DNA of 64,000 bases. It comes from an uncultured Gemmataceae bacterium (GTDB lineage: Bacteria > Planctomycetota > Planctomycetia > Gemmatales > Gemmataceae). A model generated the notes under the pieces. That model was given only the letters and a program-made list of their open reading frames with translations, was not told where the DNA came from and searched no databases. The DNA lies in the NCBI GenBank assembly GCA_963750165.1, contig CAVVPN010000001.1:320001-384000 (forward strand). Direction: 5' to 3'. Shown one piece after another: positions 41,234 through 50,429 of this stretch. The position numbers and the translations under genes were made by a program. Every line of letters starts with the position of its first letter. Positions within the stretch are counted from its first letter, which is position 1.

Positions 41234-41311
41234 CCAGGTGACAAGGTGACAAGGTGACAAGGTGAAAAAGAAGGGTTCTTTCTTTCACCTTGTCACCTGG
41301 TCACCTGGTCA
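41231..41311. repeat. Palindrome with octamer (GGTGACAA) repeat arms
   Basis: tgaccaggtgacaaggtgacaaggtgacaaggtgaaa ... tttcaccttgtcacctggtcacctggtca. Confidence 0.8.
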
Positions 41312-41361
41312 CAATTTCCCTCGACACGGAATATTTTCCGGATTGTGCCGTCTTCCCTCCG

Positions 41362-41841
41362 ATGACCCCGCACGACTTCGCACGCCTGGTGGACGCCCAC
41401 GGGCCGCCGCTGGTCCTGTTCGCGCGGCAGTGGTGCGCCACGCCCGAAGATGTCGTGCAGGACGCCTTCCTCAAACTGGTCACGCTGCGGCAGCCGCCGC
41501 GGGACGCCATCGCCTGGCTGTACCGCGTCGTCCGCCACGGCGCCATCGACGCCGGCCGCGCCGACCGCCGCCGTCAGCGCCGCGAGGCCGCCGCCCGGCC
41601 CACTCACTGGTTCGTCGAGCCGGAAGTGGACGGCCTGGACGCCGCCGCCGCGGTCGCCGCCCTGGAGCGCCTGCCAGGAGAACAGCGCGAGGTCATCGTC
41701 GCCCGCCTTTGGGGCGGACTGAACTACGAGCAAATTGCGGAGGTGGCGGGCTGTTCCGCCAGTACCGCCTGCCGCCGGTACAGCGCAGGCATCGCCGCCC
41801 TGCGCCAGGAGCTGGGATGGCCATGTCCGACAACTCCCTGA
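41362..41841 (+). CDS. ECF RNA polymerase sigma factor
   Basis: EDVVQDAFLKL, WLYRVVR, LPGEQREVIVARLWGGLNYEQIAE. Confidence 0.88.
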   Translation: MTPHDFARLVDAHGPPLVLFARQWCATPEDVVQDAFLKLVTLRQPPRDAIAWLYRVVRHGAIDAGRADRRRQRREAAARPTHWFVEPEVDGLDAAAAVAALERLPGEQREVIVARLWGGLNYEQIAEVAGCSASTACRRYSAGIAALRQELGWPCPTTP

Positions 41842-42242
41842 CCGACCGCCTGCGCCGCCTCACCCCCGCGCCGGGGCCCGACCGCGACGCGCTGCTGTTC
41901 GCTGCCGGTCGCGCCAGCGCCCGCCCCGCCCGCCGCTGGCAGGCGCTCACCGCTGTCCTGGCGGCGACGCAACTGGTGACGCTCGGCTTGCTGCTGTGGC
42001 CGCGGCCCGTGCTGCCGACGCCAGGCGGCCCACCCGTCCTGGTGGACGCGCCGTTCCCCTTTGAACCGTCCCCGCAGCCGCTGCCGCCGACCGCGTCCGA
42101 GGTGCCGCACCTGCTGATCCTGCGCGACCGCGCCCTGGCGACGGACGGGAACCTGCCGCCGGCCGCCCCCGTTGATTCGCTGGCGCCGCCGCAACCACCG
42201 CTGCGCGCCTTCGGCGCGCCGTCGCCAGACCTGTTGAAATAA
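41823..42242 (+). CDS. Putative single-TM anti-sigma factor
   Basis: Overlaps the sigma stop codon; LRRLTPA..DRDALLFAAGRA plus one TM helix. Confidence 0.65.
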   Translation: MSDNSLTDRLRRLTPAPGPDRDALLFAAGRASARPARRWQALTAVLAATQLVTLGLLLWPRPVLPTPGGPPVLVDAPFPFEPSPQPLPPTASEVPHLLILRDRALATDGNLPPAAPVDSLAPPQPPLRAFGAPSPDLLK

Positions 42243-42269
42243 TCCCATCTCATCCCAAGGAGTGAACCC

Positions 42270-43634
42270 ATGATCCGCGTCCTTCTGGCGGCCGCCGCGC
42301 TGCTGGTGCTGGCGGCCCCCGGTTGGGCCCAGGCCGACCAGGACAACCCGTTTCTGATCCGCCTGAAGGTCCACGCCGCCGCCGCGCCGAAGCCGGCCCT
42401 GAAGTATCAACTGCTGCCGGAGCTGCGCGAGATGCATCCCGGCAACCCGATTTTCGGCTACCTGAAGTGCTTCCCGGAGCAAAACAATTTCTTCCACAGC
42501 AAGGAGGCGTCGGACGAGCGGGAGAAGTTGCTGGAGATGCCACTGGCGGAACTGGCGAAGAAGAAGCTGGGCGGCTACGGCGGCATTGCCCTGAAGCGGG
42601 CCGACGCCGCCGCCCGACTCCAGCATCCCGACTGGCAAACGCTGCAACAACTCCGCACCGAGGGCTTTTACCTGCTGGTGCCCGAACTGCAACAGATGCG
42701 CACGCTGACCCACGCCCTGTCGGCGCGCTTCCGCGTCGAGGTCGCCGAGCGCCGCTTCGACGACGCCGTGGTCACTGCCAAAACGATGTTCGCGCTGGCC
42801 CGCCATACGGGCGAGCATCCCACGCTGATCGGCGACCTGGTCGGCCTCGCCATTGCCTCCATCACCATCGGCAACCTGGACGAAATGCTACAGCAGCCGG
42901 GCTGCCCCAACCTGTACTGGGCGCTGACGGCCCTGCCACGGCCGTTCATCGACCTGCGCCGCGGCCTGCAGGGCGAACGCGTGGCGATGGACCGGGAGAC
43001 CCGCACCGTGGTCGCGAACGCGCCCATGACCGCGGCGCAGATCAAGAAAGTCGTGGACCGTCTCAGCTCCGTGGTGGACGGGGGAAAGGACCCCCAGGCG
43101 GCCCACGCCTGGCTGGCGGAGCGGGTCAAGGACGAAGCGTACGTCCAGGCCGCCCGCCAGCGCCTGGTGGAGCACGGCCTGACCGCGGAGCGCGTCAAGG
43201 AGTTCCCCGCGGCCCAGGTGCTGCTGCTGGACGAGAAGTTCGCTTTCGAGGTGCAGCGCGACGACGCCATGAAGGTGATGCTGTTGCCGTACTGGCAGGT
43301 GGGAAAAATGCTGGCCGCCCGCAAGCAAAAGGATCGGCATCTGTTCAATCGGCTGCTGCCGTCCTTCATGAAGGTGCGCTACGCGCAAACGCGGCTGGAG
43401 CAGCGCTTCGCCCTGCTGCGCTGCGTCGAGGCGCTGCGGCTGTACGCGGCAGAGCACGGCGGCAAGTTGCCGGCCAAGCTCGCGGACGTGCCGGTGCCGG
43501 TGCCCGACGACCCGTTCACCAGCCAACCGTTCTCCTTCCAGCTCGACGGTGACACCGCCATCCTGCGCGGTGGCTTGCCGCCGGGGACGGCGGAAACCCT
43601 CCGCGTCACCTATCGCGTGACCGTCGTGAAGTGA
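42270..43634 (+). CDS. Secreted alpha-helical hypothetical protein
   Basis: Signal peptide, PALKYQLLP, EALRLYAAEHGGKLP, DPFT; AAGGAG upstream. Confidence 0.8.
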   Translation: MIRVLLAAAALLVLAAPGWAQADQDNPFLIRLKVHAAAAPKPALKYQLLPELREMHPGNPIFGYLKCFPEQNNFFHSKEASDEREKLLEMPLAELAKKKLGGYGGIALKRADAAARLQHPDWQTLQQLRTEGFYLLVPELQQMRTLTHALSARFRVEVAERRFDDAVVTAKTMFALARHTGEHPTLIGDLVGLAIASITIGNLDEMLQQPGCPNLYWALTALPRPFIDLRRGLQGERVAMDRETRTVVANAPMTAAQIKKVVDRLSSVVDGGKDPQAAHAWLAERVKDEAYVQAARQRLVEHGLTAERVKEFPAAQVLLLDEKFAFEVQRDDAMKVMLLPYWQVGKMLAARKQKDRHLFNRLLPSFMKVRYAQTRLEQRFALLRCVEALRLYAAEHGGKLPAKLADVPVPVPDDPFTSQPFSFQLDGDTAILRGGLPPGTAETLRVTYRVTVVK

Positions 43635-43647
43635 TCGGAGCGGCAGC

Positions 43648-43722
43648 AGCGCTAAGCCGCAAGCGGCAGCAAGACGGGGCTCGCGCTCCAGCCCGTCTTG
43701 CTGCCGCTTGCGGCTTAGCGCT
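43648..43722. repeat. REP palindrome AGCGCTAAGCCGCAAGCGGC...GCCGCTTGCGGCTTAGCGCT
   Basis: Inverted repeat; a half copy is at ~9808-9825. Confidence 0.85.
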
Positions 43723-45540
43723 CTGACGCCTTCCCGGCGCGCCCGTTCAGTCCGGCGTCCTGCCGCTTGTTGCGGTCGCGCACCGTGGACCACAGCGCCC
43801 GAATCCCCTTCCAGCGTTCGCAGTCCGGCGGCACTCCCAGCACCCGCAGCAGTCGCTCGACGTGGAACCAGCGCAGCGCCGCGTCGCGGTCGATGCGCTG
43901 GAACTCGCGCACCAGCACCGAATAGTTGAAGCCCAGTTTCGGACTCAGATCGCGCAGCGTGTTCGCCTTCTCGGCGATCAGGTAGCGCAATTCCACCGCC
44001 AGCGGCGAGGCGAAGCGCGCCTGCAACTGTGCCCGGTAGCGTGCCGCCCAGTCGCGCGCAGATCCGCCAGTTCTTCGACACCGCCCGCCAGCGCCAGCTG
44101 CTCCACGACCGGCCACGCCGGCAGATCGCCGCCGTGCAGCAGCGTCCGCAGCCTGCCGATCCACAGGCCGCGCAGCCCCGCGCGCTTCAGCAGTCGTGCC
44201 AGCGGCACCAGCCCGCCCTCGCGCTCCGCCAGTGCCGCGACCAGCGCCGCCACCGTCGTTGGCGCCCGCCACGCCGTGCGTTGCGCCGCCCGCGCTGCCC
44301 GCTGCTGCAGCAGCGCCGCGACGCGCCGCTGTCCGGCCTGGTGCAGCGCCTGCACGATGCGGCGGCGAGCGCTGTCCAGCAGCGGACTGACGCCGCGCTC
44401 GATGCGCTGATACTCCAGGCTCGGGTAGCCCAGCAGCGCCTCCATGTCCGCCAGGCCGAAGCCGTACTGCTCGCGCACCAATCGCAGTTCGACGCGCGTC
44501 TCCGGCCGGCGGCGACGGTGGAACTGCTCGCGCCGCTGCCGCCACAACTCCAGCAGACGGTCGCGCTCCGCCTGGTCGTCGGTCAGCACGGCGGCCAGGC
44601 CCGCGGGGTACGCCTGTGCCGAGTACAGGCCGTCCTCCTCGATGTGCTTGAGGATGCGCGCCGGCTTCTTGCCGCCGACGCCGAACAGGTCCGCCAGCTC
44701 CCGGCGACTGACGCCCTGCCGCTCGCGTAGTCGCTTCAGCGCCGGCCCGAAGCCTGGCGGGTGCGGCGGCGCCGGCTCGCCCTGGCGCCACAGGTGTTCG
44801 AGCGCCCGCAGTTCGGCGTCGTCCTGGCACAGCGCCCGCGCCGCGGCGGCGACCTCGTCCCAGGGCGGCAGTTCCAGGTAACGCAGGCGGCGAAAGGTGG
44901 CGTTGCGCACGCCGAGGCGCAGCAGGTGGCTCTCGGGGTGACCGGCGCAGGCGCAGAGCAGACACAACTCGGCCCAGGCCGGCGGCAGGCCGCGCTCAAG
45001 GAGGCGGCGGCGCTGGGCGGCGGCCCACAGCGCCTCGGCCTCGGCCGCGTCTTCGCCAACGGCGGCGCACATTTGCCGCAGCAGCGCCAGCGGCAGTGGG
45101 AAACTACCGCGGCGGTACTCCCATAGCGTCGTGGCGCTGATGCCGACTCGCTGCGCCAGCGTCCGCGCCGAGCCCGCCCGCAGTTCCAGCCGGCCCAGCA
45201 ACTGCTCCAGGGTGCCGCCGGGGCCGACGTACAGGCACTGCAATTCATCGAGGTAATGGGCGGGGACGTGCTGCGTGCGGCAGAAGTCGAGGAAGTGCTG
45301 GAGGGTCTGGCGCGTCGGCTGGTGGACGCCGAGTTCGAGGTCGCGGAGAGCGCCACGGCTGACGCCACAGCGGCGGGCGCACTCCAGGCGGGTCAGGCCG
45401 AGCACCTCGGCGCGGAGGGTGACGACGAGGCGAGCCAGCGGGGCTGCTGTCTGGGCGCGCTCGACGGCGCGGCGGCGCAGGTGGGCGTTGCGGAGGGCGT
45501 GGCCGGCCAGGGGAGCGGCGGTGGTGGCGTCCTGGGGCAT
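43715..45540 (-). CDS. Multi-HTH (XRE-like) DNA-binding protein; apparent frameshift at ~44055
   Basis: Several HTH-like segments. ORF 43978-45540 continues in the frame of 43715-44965 (RDWAARYRAQLQ...). Confidence 0.7.
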
Positions 45541-45753
45541 ACGGCTCTCGGGCTCGGGACGGCAGCGCGGGCAGGCAATCCAAGCGGGTTGGGGTTCCGG
45601 TGGGGCGGCGGGTGGGCGGCAAGCGTGGGGGTAGTAAATATGAGATTAACCGGCCCGGCGGCGAATGCAATCAGAATTTTGCGAAAGTGCCCCAATCGCG
45701 GTTCGCGCGGGGGTGAAGTGACGCGAACCGGGAACAGGGCCAGCGGGGAGTAA

Positions 45754-46638
45754 GTGACTGTCCCATAAGGGGGGAGGAATGCGTATAATGTACCATGAGA
45801 ACGCAATCCTATCCCAGCGACGTGACCGATGCCCAGTGGACCTTGATCGAGCCGCACCTCCCCGTCTATCCCGGCGGGCGGCCCCGCACCACCAACCTGC
45901 GCAACGTCGTCGATGCCATCTTCTACCTGCTGCGCACCGGCTGCCAGTGGCGCTACCTGCCCAAGGACTTCCCGCCCAAAAGCACCGTCTGGCGCTACTT
46001 CGACGAGTGGCGGCACAATGGCACCCTCGACGTTCTCCACGACCTGCTCCGCAAAAAAGTCCGCACGCAGCAGAAGCCCTACCAGCCTCGGACCACGGCC
46101 AGCGTGGACAGCCAGTCGGTGGACACCACCTCCGGCGGCGAGCAGCGCGGCCGGGACAACGCCAAGAACGTCGATGGCCGTAAACGCCATATCGTGGTGG
46201 ATAGCATGGGCTTGCTGCTGGCCGTGCTGGTGACCGCCGCCAGCGCCGATGACGGCGCGGTGGCGGCCCAGTTGTTCGCCCGGCTGCAGGGCCAGCCGGT
46301 GGGCAAGGTGCGGCGAATGTTCGCGGACAGCAAGTACCACAACTACGCCCTCTACGAGTGGGTCCAGGAGAACGCCCCCTGGGAGCTGGTGATCGTGCGG
46401 CGGCCGGCGGGGAAGCGCGGTTGGGAGAAACTGCCGCTGCGCTGGACGGTGGAGCGGACCTTCGCCTGGCTGGGGAAGTGCCGGCGGCTCTCCAAGGACC
46501 GGGAGAAGAGCGCGCTCTCGTCGGAGGCGTTCGTCAAGTTGGCCATGATCCACCTCATGCTCAACAGGCTCCAGCCCAAGGACACGAAGGCCAAGTTCTA
46601 CTATCGCCCAGCTGCTTGACCCCTTATGGGACAGTCAC
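45754..46638 (+). mobile_element. Complete IS5-family (IS1031-group-like) insertion sequence, 885 bp
   Basis: 19-bp terminal inverted repeats GTGACTGTCCCATAAGGGG / CCCCTTATGGGACAGTCAC, flanked by TAA on both sides. Confidence 0.93.
45795..46619 (+). CDS. IS5-family transposase
   Basis: YPSDVTDAQW, GCQWRYLPKDFP, DSQSV, GRKRHIVVD, RWTVERTFAWL. Confidence 0.95.
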   Translation: MRTQSYPSDVTDAQWTLIEPHLPVYPGGRPRTTNLRNVVDAIFYLLRTGCQWRYLPKDFPPKSTVWRYFDEWRHNGTLDVLHDLLRKKVRTQQKPYQPRTTASVDSQSVDTTSGGEQRGRDNAKNVDGRKRHIVVDSMGLLLAVLVTAASADDGAVAAQLFARLQGQPVGKVRRMFADSKYHNYALYEWVQENAPWELVIVRRPAGKRGWEKLPLRWTVERTFAWLGKCRRLSKDREKSALSSEAFVKLAMIHLMLNRLQPKDTKAKFYYRPAA

Positions 46639-46641
46639 TAA

Positions 46642-46734
46642 GAGGTTGTGCGAGAAGAAGTAGGTCCGGCGAGCCGAGCCGGACCCGCAGCGGGTGCCGC
46701 TCGGCTCGCGGCACCTACCGTGTCGCACAGACAC
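46642..46734. mobile_element. Possible MITE with REP-like core, adjacent to the IS5 element
   Basis: TAA|GAGGTTGTGCGAGA...TGTCGCACAGACAC|TAA (10/14 TIR match); internal GTAGGTCC..GAGCCGAGC / GCTCGGCTC..CACCTAC hairpin. Confidence 0.45.
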
Positions 46735-46747
46735 TAACGGTTGTCTG

Positions 46748-47764
46748 CTACCGCCCCATGCCGAGCACCACCCGGAACCGCGCCTTGCCGCTCATCATGC
46801 GCTCGTACGCCTCGGCGACCCGCTCCAGCGGAAAATGCTCGTTCATCGACTTGACCCCCGTGCGCGAGCTGAAGACGAGCGCGTCCTGCGTGTCGATGGA
46901 CGTGCCGGAGTACCAGCCCTTGACCGCCCGGCAGCCCATGAGGAGGTTGAGCGAATCGACCTGCAGGGACGGCACCGCGCCGATGACCAGGAGGGTGCCG
47001 TTGACCGCGAGGCCACCCTGTACCGCGCTCATCGCCGGGCCGCTGGTCACGGTCGCCAGGATCGCTTTGGCGCCGCCGAGTTTCTGCAGTTCGGCCGCGG
47101 GGTCCTGGGCCTGGCTGTCGATGTAGACCGCGGCGCCCAGCTGGCGGGCGAGCGGCGCCTTGTCCTGGCCGCGGGCGATGGCGACGGTGTGCTGGCCCAT
47201 CTTCGCGGCGTACTGCACGCCAAGGTGACCGAGGCCGCCCAGGCCGAGGACCGCAACGACATCACCGGGCCGGACGCCGCTGTTGCGCAGGGCGTTGAAC
47301 GTGGTGACGCCGGCGCACATCAGCGGCGCCACCTCGGCGGCCGGCAGTTCCGACGGCATCCGCGCAACGGCGCTGGCGGGGGCGATCAGGTATTCGCCGT
47401 AGCCGCCGTCGAAGGTGAGGCCGGTGACCTGGCCGGTGACGCAGGCGAAGAATTCACCGCGGCGGCAGGGATCGCAGTGGCCGCAGTAGCCGCCGTGCCA
47501 GCCGACACCAACACTCTGGCCGGGCTTCCAGACGGGGACGCCGGCGCCGACCGCGTCGATGACGCCGGCGACCTCGTGACCGGGGACGCGCGGGTACTGG
47601 ATGCCCGGGAACATCCCGTCCTTGACGAGGCTGTCGCTGTGACAGACGCCGCACGCCTGCACCTTGATGCGCACGGTGCCGGGACCGGGTTCGGGGATCG
47701 GGCGCTCGACGATCTCAAACGGGCCGTTGGGACGCGGGACCTGCGCGACGCGCATCGTGGCCAT
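46748..47764 (-). CDS. Zn-dependent alcohol dehydrogenase
   Basis: CGVCHSD, GHEV, CGHCDPCRRG, GLGGLG. Confidence 0.93.
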   Translation of the reverse strand: MATMRVAQVPRPNGPFEIVERPIPEPGPGTVRIKVQACGVCHSDSLVKDGMFPGIQYPRVPGHEVAGVIDAVGAGVPVWKPGQSVGVGWHGGYCGHCDPCRRGEFFACVTGQVTGLTFDGGYGEYLIAPASAVARMPSELPAAEVAPLMCAGVTTFNALRNSGVRPGDVVAVLGLGGLGHLGVQYAAKMGQHTVAIARGQDKAPLARQLGAAVYIDSQAQDPAAELQKLGGAKAILATVTSGPAMSAVQGGLAVNGTLLVIGAVPSLQVDSLNLLMGCRAVKGWYSGTSIDTQDALVFSSRTGVKSMNEHFPLERVAEAYERMMSGKARFRVVLGMGR

Positions 47765-47833
47765 GATACCTCCTGTTGTTCGCCGTCAGACACGCCTGAC
47801 ATTTGCGTGAAACGCAAGGGATCCGATGGATTG

Positions 47834-48268
47834 CTAAGCGCGGCGTACCACAACCGCGCCAGTCGGCATGCCCTCGGCGTCGTACACATCCACGAACAGG
47901 CCGTGTTCGACGCTGAACGCTCCACCGTGTTCCCAAATCTCGATCCAGGGCTCATAGGGGTTGGGAAGCCCGGCTGTTGCCGGACATCGCTCCCATTTCA
48001 CGAACCAAAGGGCGATTCGGCTATCAACATTACGCTGACCCGGAATCTCTGCACTTCGAGCGGACGACTTTTCCTCAACCGTTAGTCGGAACTCAGGAGC
48101 GATGGCAGCGACCGCATCCTGGAATATGGGGTACTGGATGTCGAACAGCGCTTCAACCTCAGACCATCGTTGTTTCCCCAGGGCTGCGGCCTGGAGGAAT
48201 TGATCGCGTGTCCACGGTCCCACAGCCACCCCAGGGCGTATTCTTTGGACTCGTTCGAGTGCGTCCAC
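47834..48268 (-). CDS. Hypothetical protein (lower GC)
   Basis: GTG start after GGAG; ...LPNPYEPWIEIWEHGGAF. Confidence 0.55.
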   Translation of the reverse strand: MDALERVQRIRPGVAVGPWTRDQFLQAAALGKQRWSEVEALFDIQYPIFQDAVAAIAPEFRLTVEEKSSARSAEIPGQRNVDSRIALWFVKWERCPATAGLPNPYEPWIEIWEHGGAFSVEHGLFVDVYDAEGMPTGAVVVRRA

Positions 48269-48326
48269 TGCCCATTTCTCCGTTCGCAACCAGTATTTAA
48301 GCAGCCACAAACCGGCGGGTTCTCGA

Positions 48327-48677
48327 TCACAAGGGCAGGTAAACCACCTGGTCCCGAACGTCGTTCGGGTCACCGATGACGGCGAGGAATTCCACTTCGT
48401 CGATGGCCTGGCCGATGGTCAGCAGAGTGCGCAAGATTGCGACACCCGGCATCGGCAAGCCGCGGGCGACGCGGTCCCAGGCATCGACGGCCAGCGTTTT
48501 CTTGTCCACGGAGACGACCACGCGCCCTGCCGCGGCCGCCCACTCCAGAATGTCCGGGTCCGGCGTGTGGCGCAGTCCGACATCCTGAACGCGAACCAGA
48601 TCCAGTGTGGGCTGGCGCAACCGCAACCCGGCCACGATGTGACCATGTACGTTTTCGTCAATCAGGAATCGGAGCAT
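48327..48677 (-). CDS. DUF5615 family PIN-like toxin
   Basis: FLIDENV, PDPDILEWAA..GRVVVSVD. Confidence 0.85.
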   Translation of the reverse strand: MLRFLIDENVHGHIVAGLRLRQPTLDLVRVQDVGLRHTPDPDILEWAAAAGRVVVSVDKKTLAVDAWDRVARGLPMPGVAILRTLLTIGQAIDEVEFLAVIGDPNDVRDQVVYLPL

Positions 48678-49020
48678 GACCGTTCGCCGCCCGGGCCCGG
48701 GCGGCGTCCAGACGAGCCTTGAGTGACGCCAGGCGGCCTGCGTTGGCGCTCTCGATTTGCTGACGCAGCGCTTCGGCCTCCGCTTCGCGCTGCCGCAGGT
48801 ACTCGTCCAGCTCGGCCTGGTGGCGGTGGTAGTACGCCAGGGCGCCGTAGATGTCGGCCAGCGTCAGCGTGTCCAGGCCGCTGGCGATCTCTTCCGGCGT
48901 CATCCCCAGGCTCCGATATTGCAGCAGCACGTCCAGGGTGACGCGCGACTGGCCGACTCGGATGGTGCCCGTCTCATCCGTGTGCAGCGGCACCGCGTCG
49001 GCGTGAATGGTAATGGTCAT
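48658..49020 (-). CDS. DUF433 family antitoxin
   Basis: GTIRVGQSRVTLD...TPEEI..LTLADIYGALAYY; overlaps the PIN gene. Confidence 0.87.
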   Translation of the reverse strand: MTITIHADAVPLHTDETGTIRVGQSRVTLDVLLQYRSLGMTPEEIASGLDTLTLADIYGALAYYHRHQAELDEYLRQREAEAEALRQQIESANAGRLASLKARLDAARARAANGHAPIPD

Positions 49021-49095
49021 GGCCCAACCCCCTTGCAGCGGCCCAACAGACCCTGCGAGTTTATTCTAGCGGACAAATCCTGTCCGCATAACCGC

Positions 49096-50136
49096 TCACA
49101 CCGGCCGCCCCAACTCCTCGCGCACCAGCCGCACGCCATGCACCATGCTCGCCAGTTTACGGCACGCGATGAACCGCGCCGTCTGCGAAAACCCGCAGTC
49201 CGGCGTCACGTGGACGCGCTCCGGCTCGATGTACTTCAGCGTCAGCCGCAGTCGCTCCGCGACCAACTCCGGCGGCTCGATCCACGTGTTCTTCACGTCC
49301 ACCAGCCCGACCGCCAGTTCCATCGGCGGCTTGATCTCGCGAGCCAGTTCGATCTCGGCCATCTCACGGCTGGCGAACTCCAGGGCCAGCTGTTGCACCG
49401 CCGCCCGCGCCAGGTGCGGGAACAGCGGCCGATAGCTGCGCCAGCCGACCGCCCGGCCGCGGTAGTTGCCGAAGCACATGTGCATGCTGATGGGTACCGG
49501 CACACCCGCTACCGTGCGCGCGATCAGGTCGAGGAAGCGCTCCGGGTTGTCTGGGTGGCACGCGAAGCTCGGCTCGTCCAGCTGCAAAAACTCGACGCCC
49601 GCGGCGACCAGCCGTTTCATCTCCGCGTTGACGATCGGCACCAGGGCCTCGGTGATTTCCTGGCGGTCGCGGTACACGTCGCCGCCCTGCAGGCAGCCGG
49701 CCAGCGTGAACGGCCCGGAGATGGGCACCTTGACCAGCCCGTCCGTCAGTGTCCGCAGCCGCTGATACTCTTCTACCAGGCCGAGGCCGCACGGCGCCGC
49801 CAGCGGCGCGACACAATGGTAGCGGTTGCGCTGGTCGTGGGCCGGCGGTCCCCAGCGCCGCGCCGGCGGCAACGGCTCGATGCCGGTCAGGTAGTCGTAG
49901 AAGCCGAGGTTGAAATCGACGCGCTGCATTTCGCCGTCGGTGACGATGTCGGCGCCGGCCTGGAGCTGATCGTCGAGGGCCAGGCGCACCGCGTCGCGCA
50001 CGGCCTCGGCGCGGTCCTCGGAGCCGAACAGGTCCGGCTGGCGCACGGCGTCCTCGCAGAACTTCGCGTACCAGCCGGGAAACGACCAGCTACCGATCAC
50101 CGTCGCGGGAATCAGCGGGAGTGTGTTTGTCGCCAT
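49096..50136 (-). CDS. Cobalamin-independent methionine synthase II-family protein (single catalytic domain)
   Basis: IGSW, TDGEMQR, QLDEP, HMCFGN, PDCGF. Confidence 0.9.
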   Translation of the reverse strand: MATNTLPLIPATVIGSWSFPGWYAKFCEDAVRQPDLFGSEDRAEAVRDAVRLALDDQLQAGADIVTDGEMQRVDFNLGFYDYLTGIEPLPPARRWGPPAHDQRNRYHCVAPLAAPCGLGLVEEYQRLRTLTDGLVKVPISGPFTLAGCLQGGDVYRDRQEITEALVPIVNAEMKRLVAAGVEFLQLDEPSFACHPDNPERFLDLIARTVAGVPVPISMHMCFGNYRGRAVGWRSYRPLFPHLARAAVQQLALEFASREMAEIELAREIKPPMELAVGLVDVKNTWIEPPELVAERLRLTLKYIEPERVHVTPDCGFSQTARFIACRKLASMVHGVRLVREELGRPV

Positions 50137-50187
50137 GTCATCCTCCGGCGCGGGGGGTGCCAGGGGCTGCCAGGTAGGGCGGTCAAG

Positions 50188-50249
50188 GGTGCCGAATCTC
50201 GACGTATGAAAAAGTTGGCCCCCTTGGCTCCCTTGGCCCCCTTGCTGTG
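50188..50249. repeat. Third copy of the ATCTCGACGTATGAAAAAGTTGGC repeat
   Basis: Near-identical to 13482-13543. Confidence 0.8.
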
Positions 50250-50429
50250 ACCGCCGCAGTCAGCCAGCGACTCCCAGCGCCACCCGGACAGCTCCTCAAC
50301 AATCCGCCCCGCCGCTCTGATGATTGGGTTCCGAAAGCCCCGGTTGATGATACGCGGCGCTTGTCCCGCTGGCCGGGGTCGGGTATTCTGCAAAGACGTT
50401 GCCCGCTACCCCGCCGTGAGGAACCCGCC

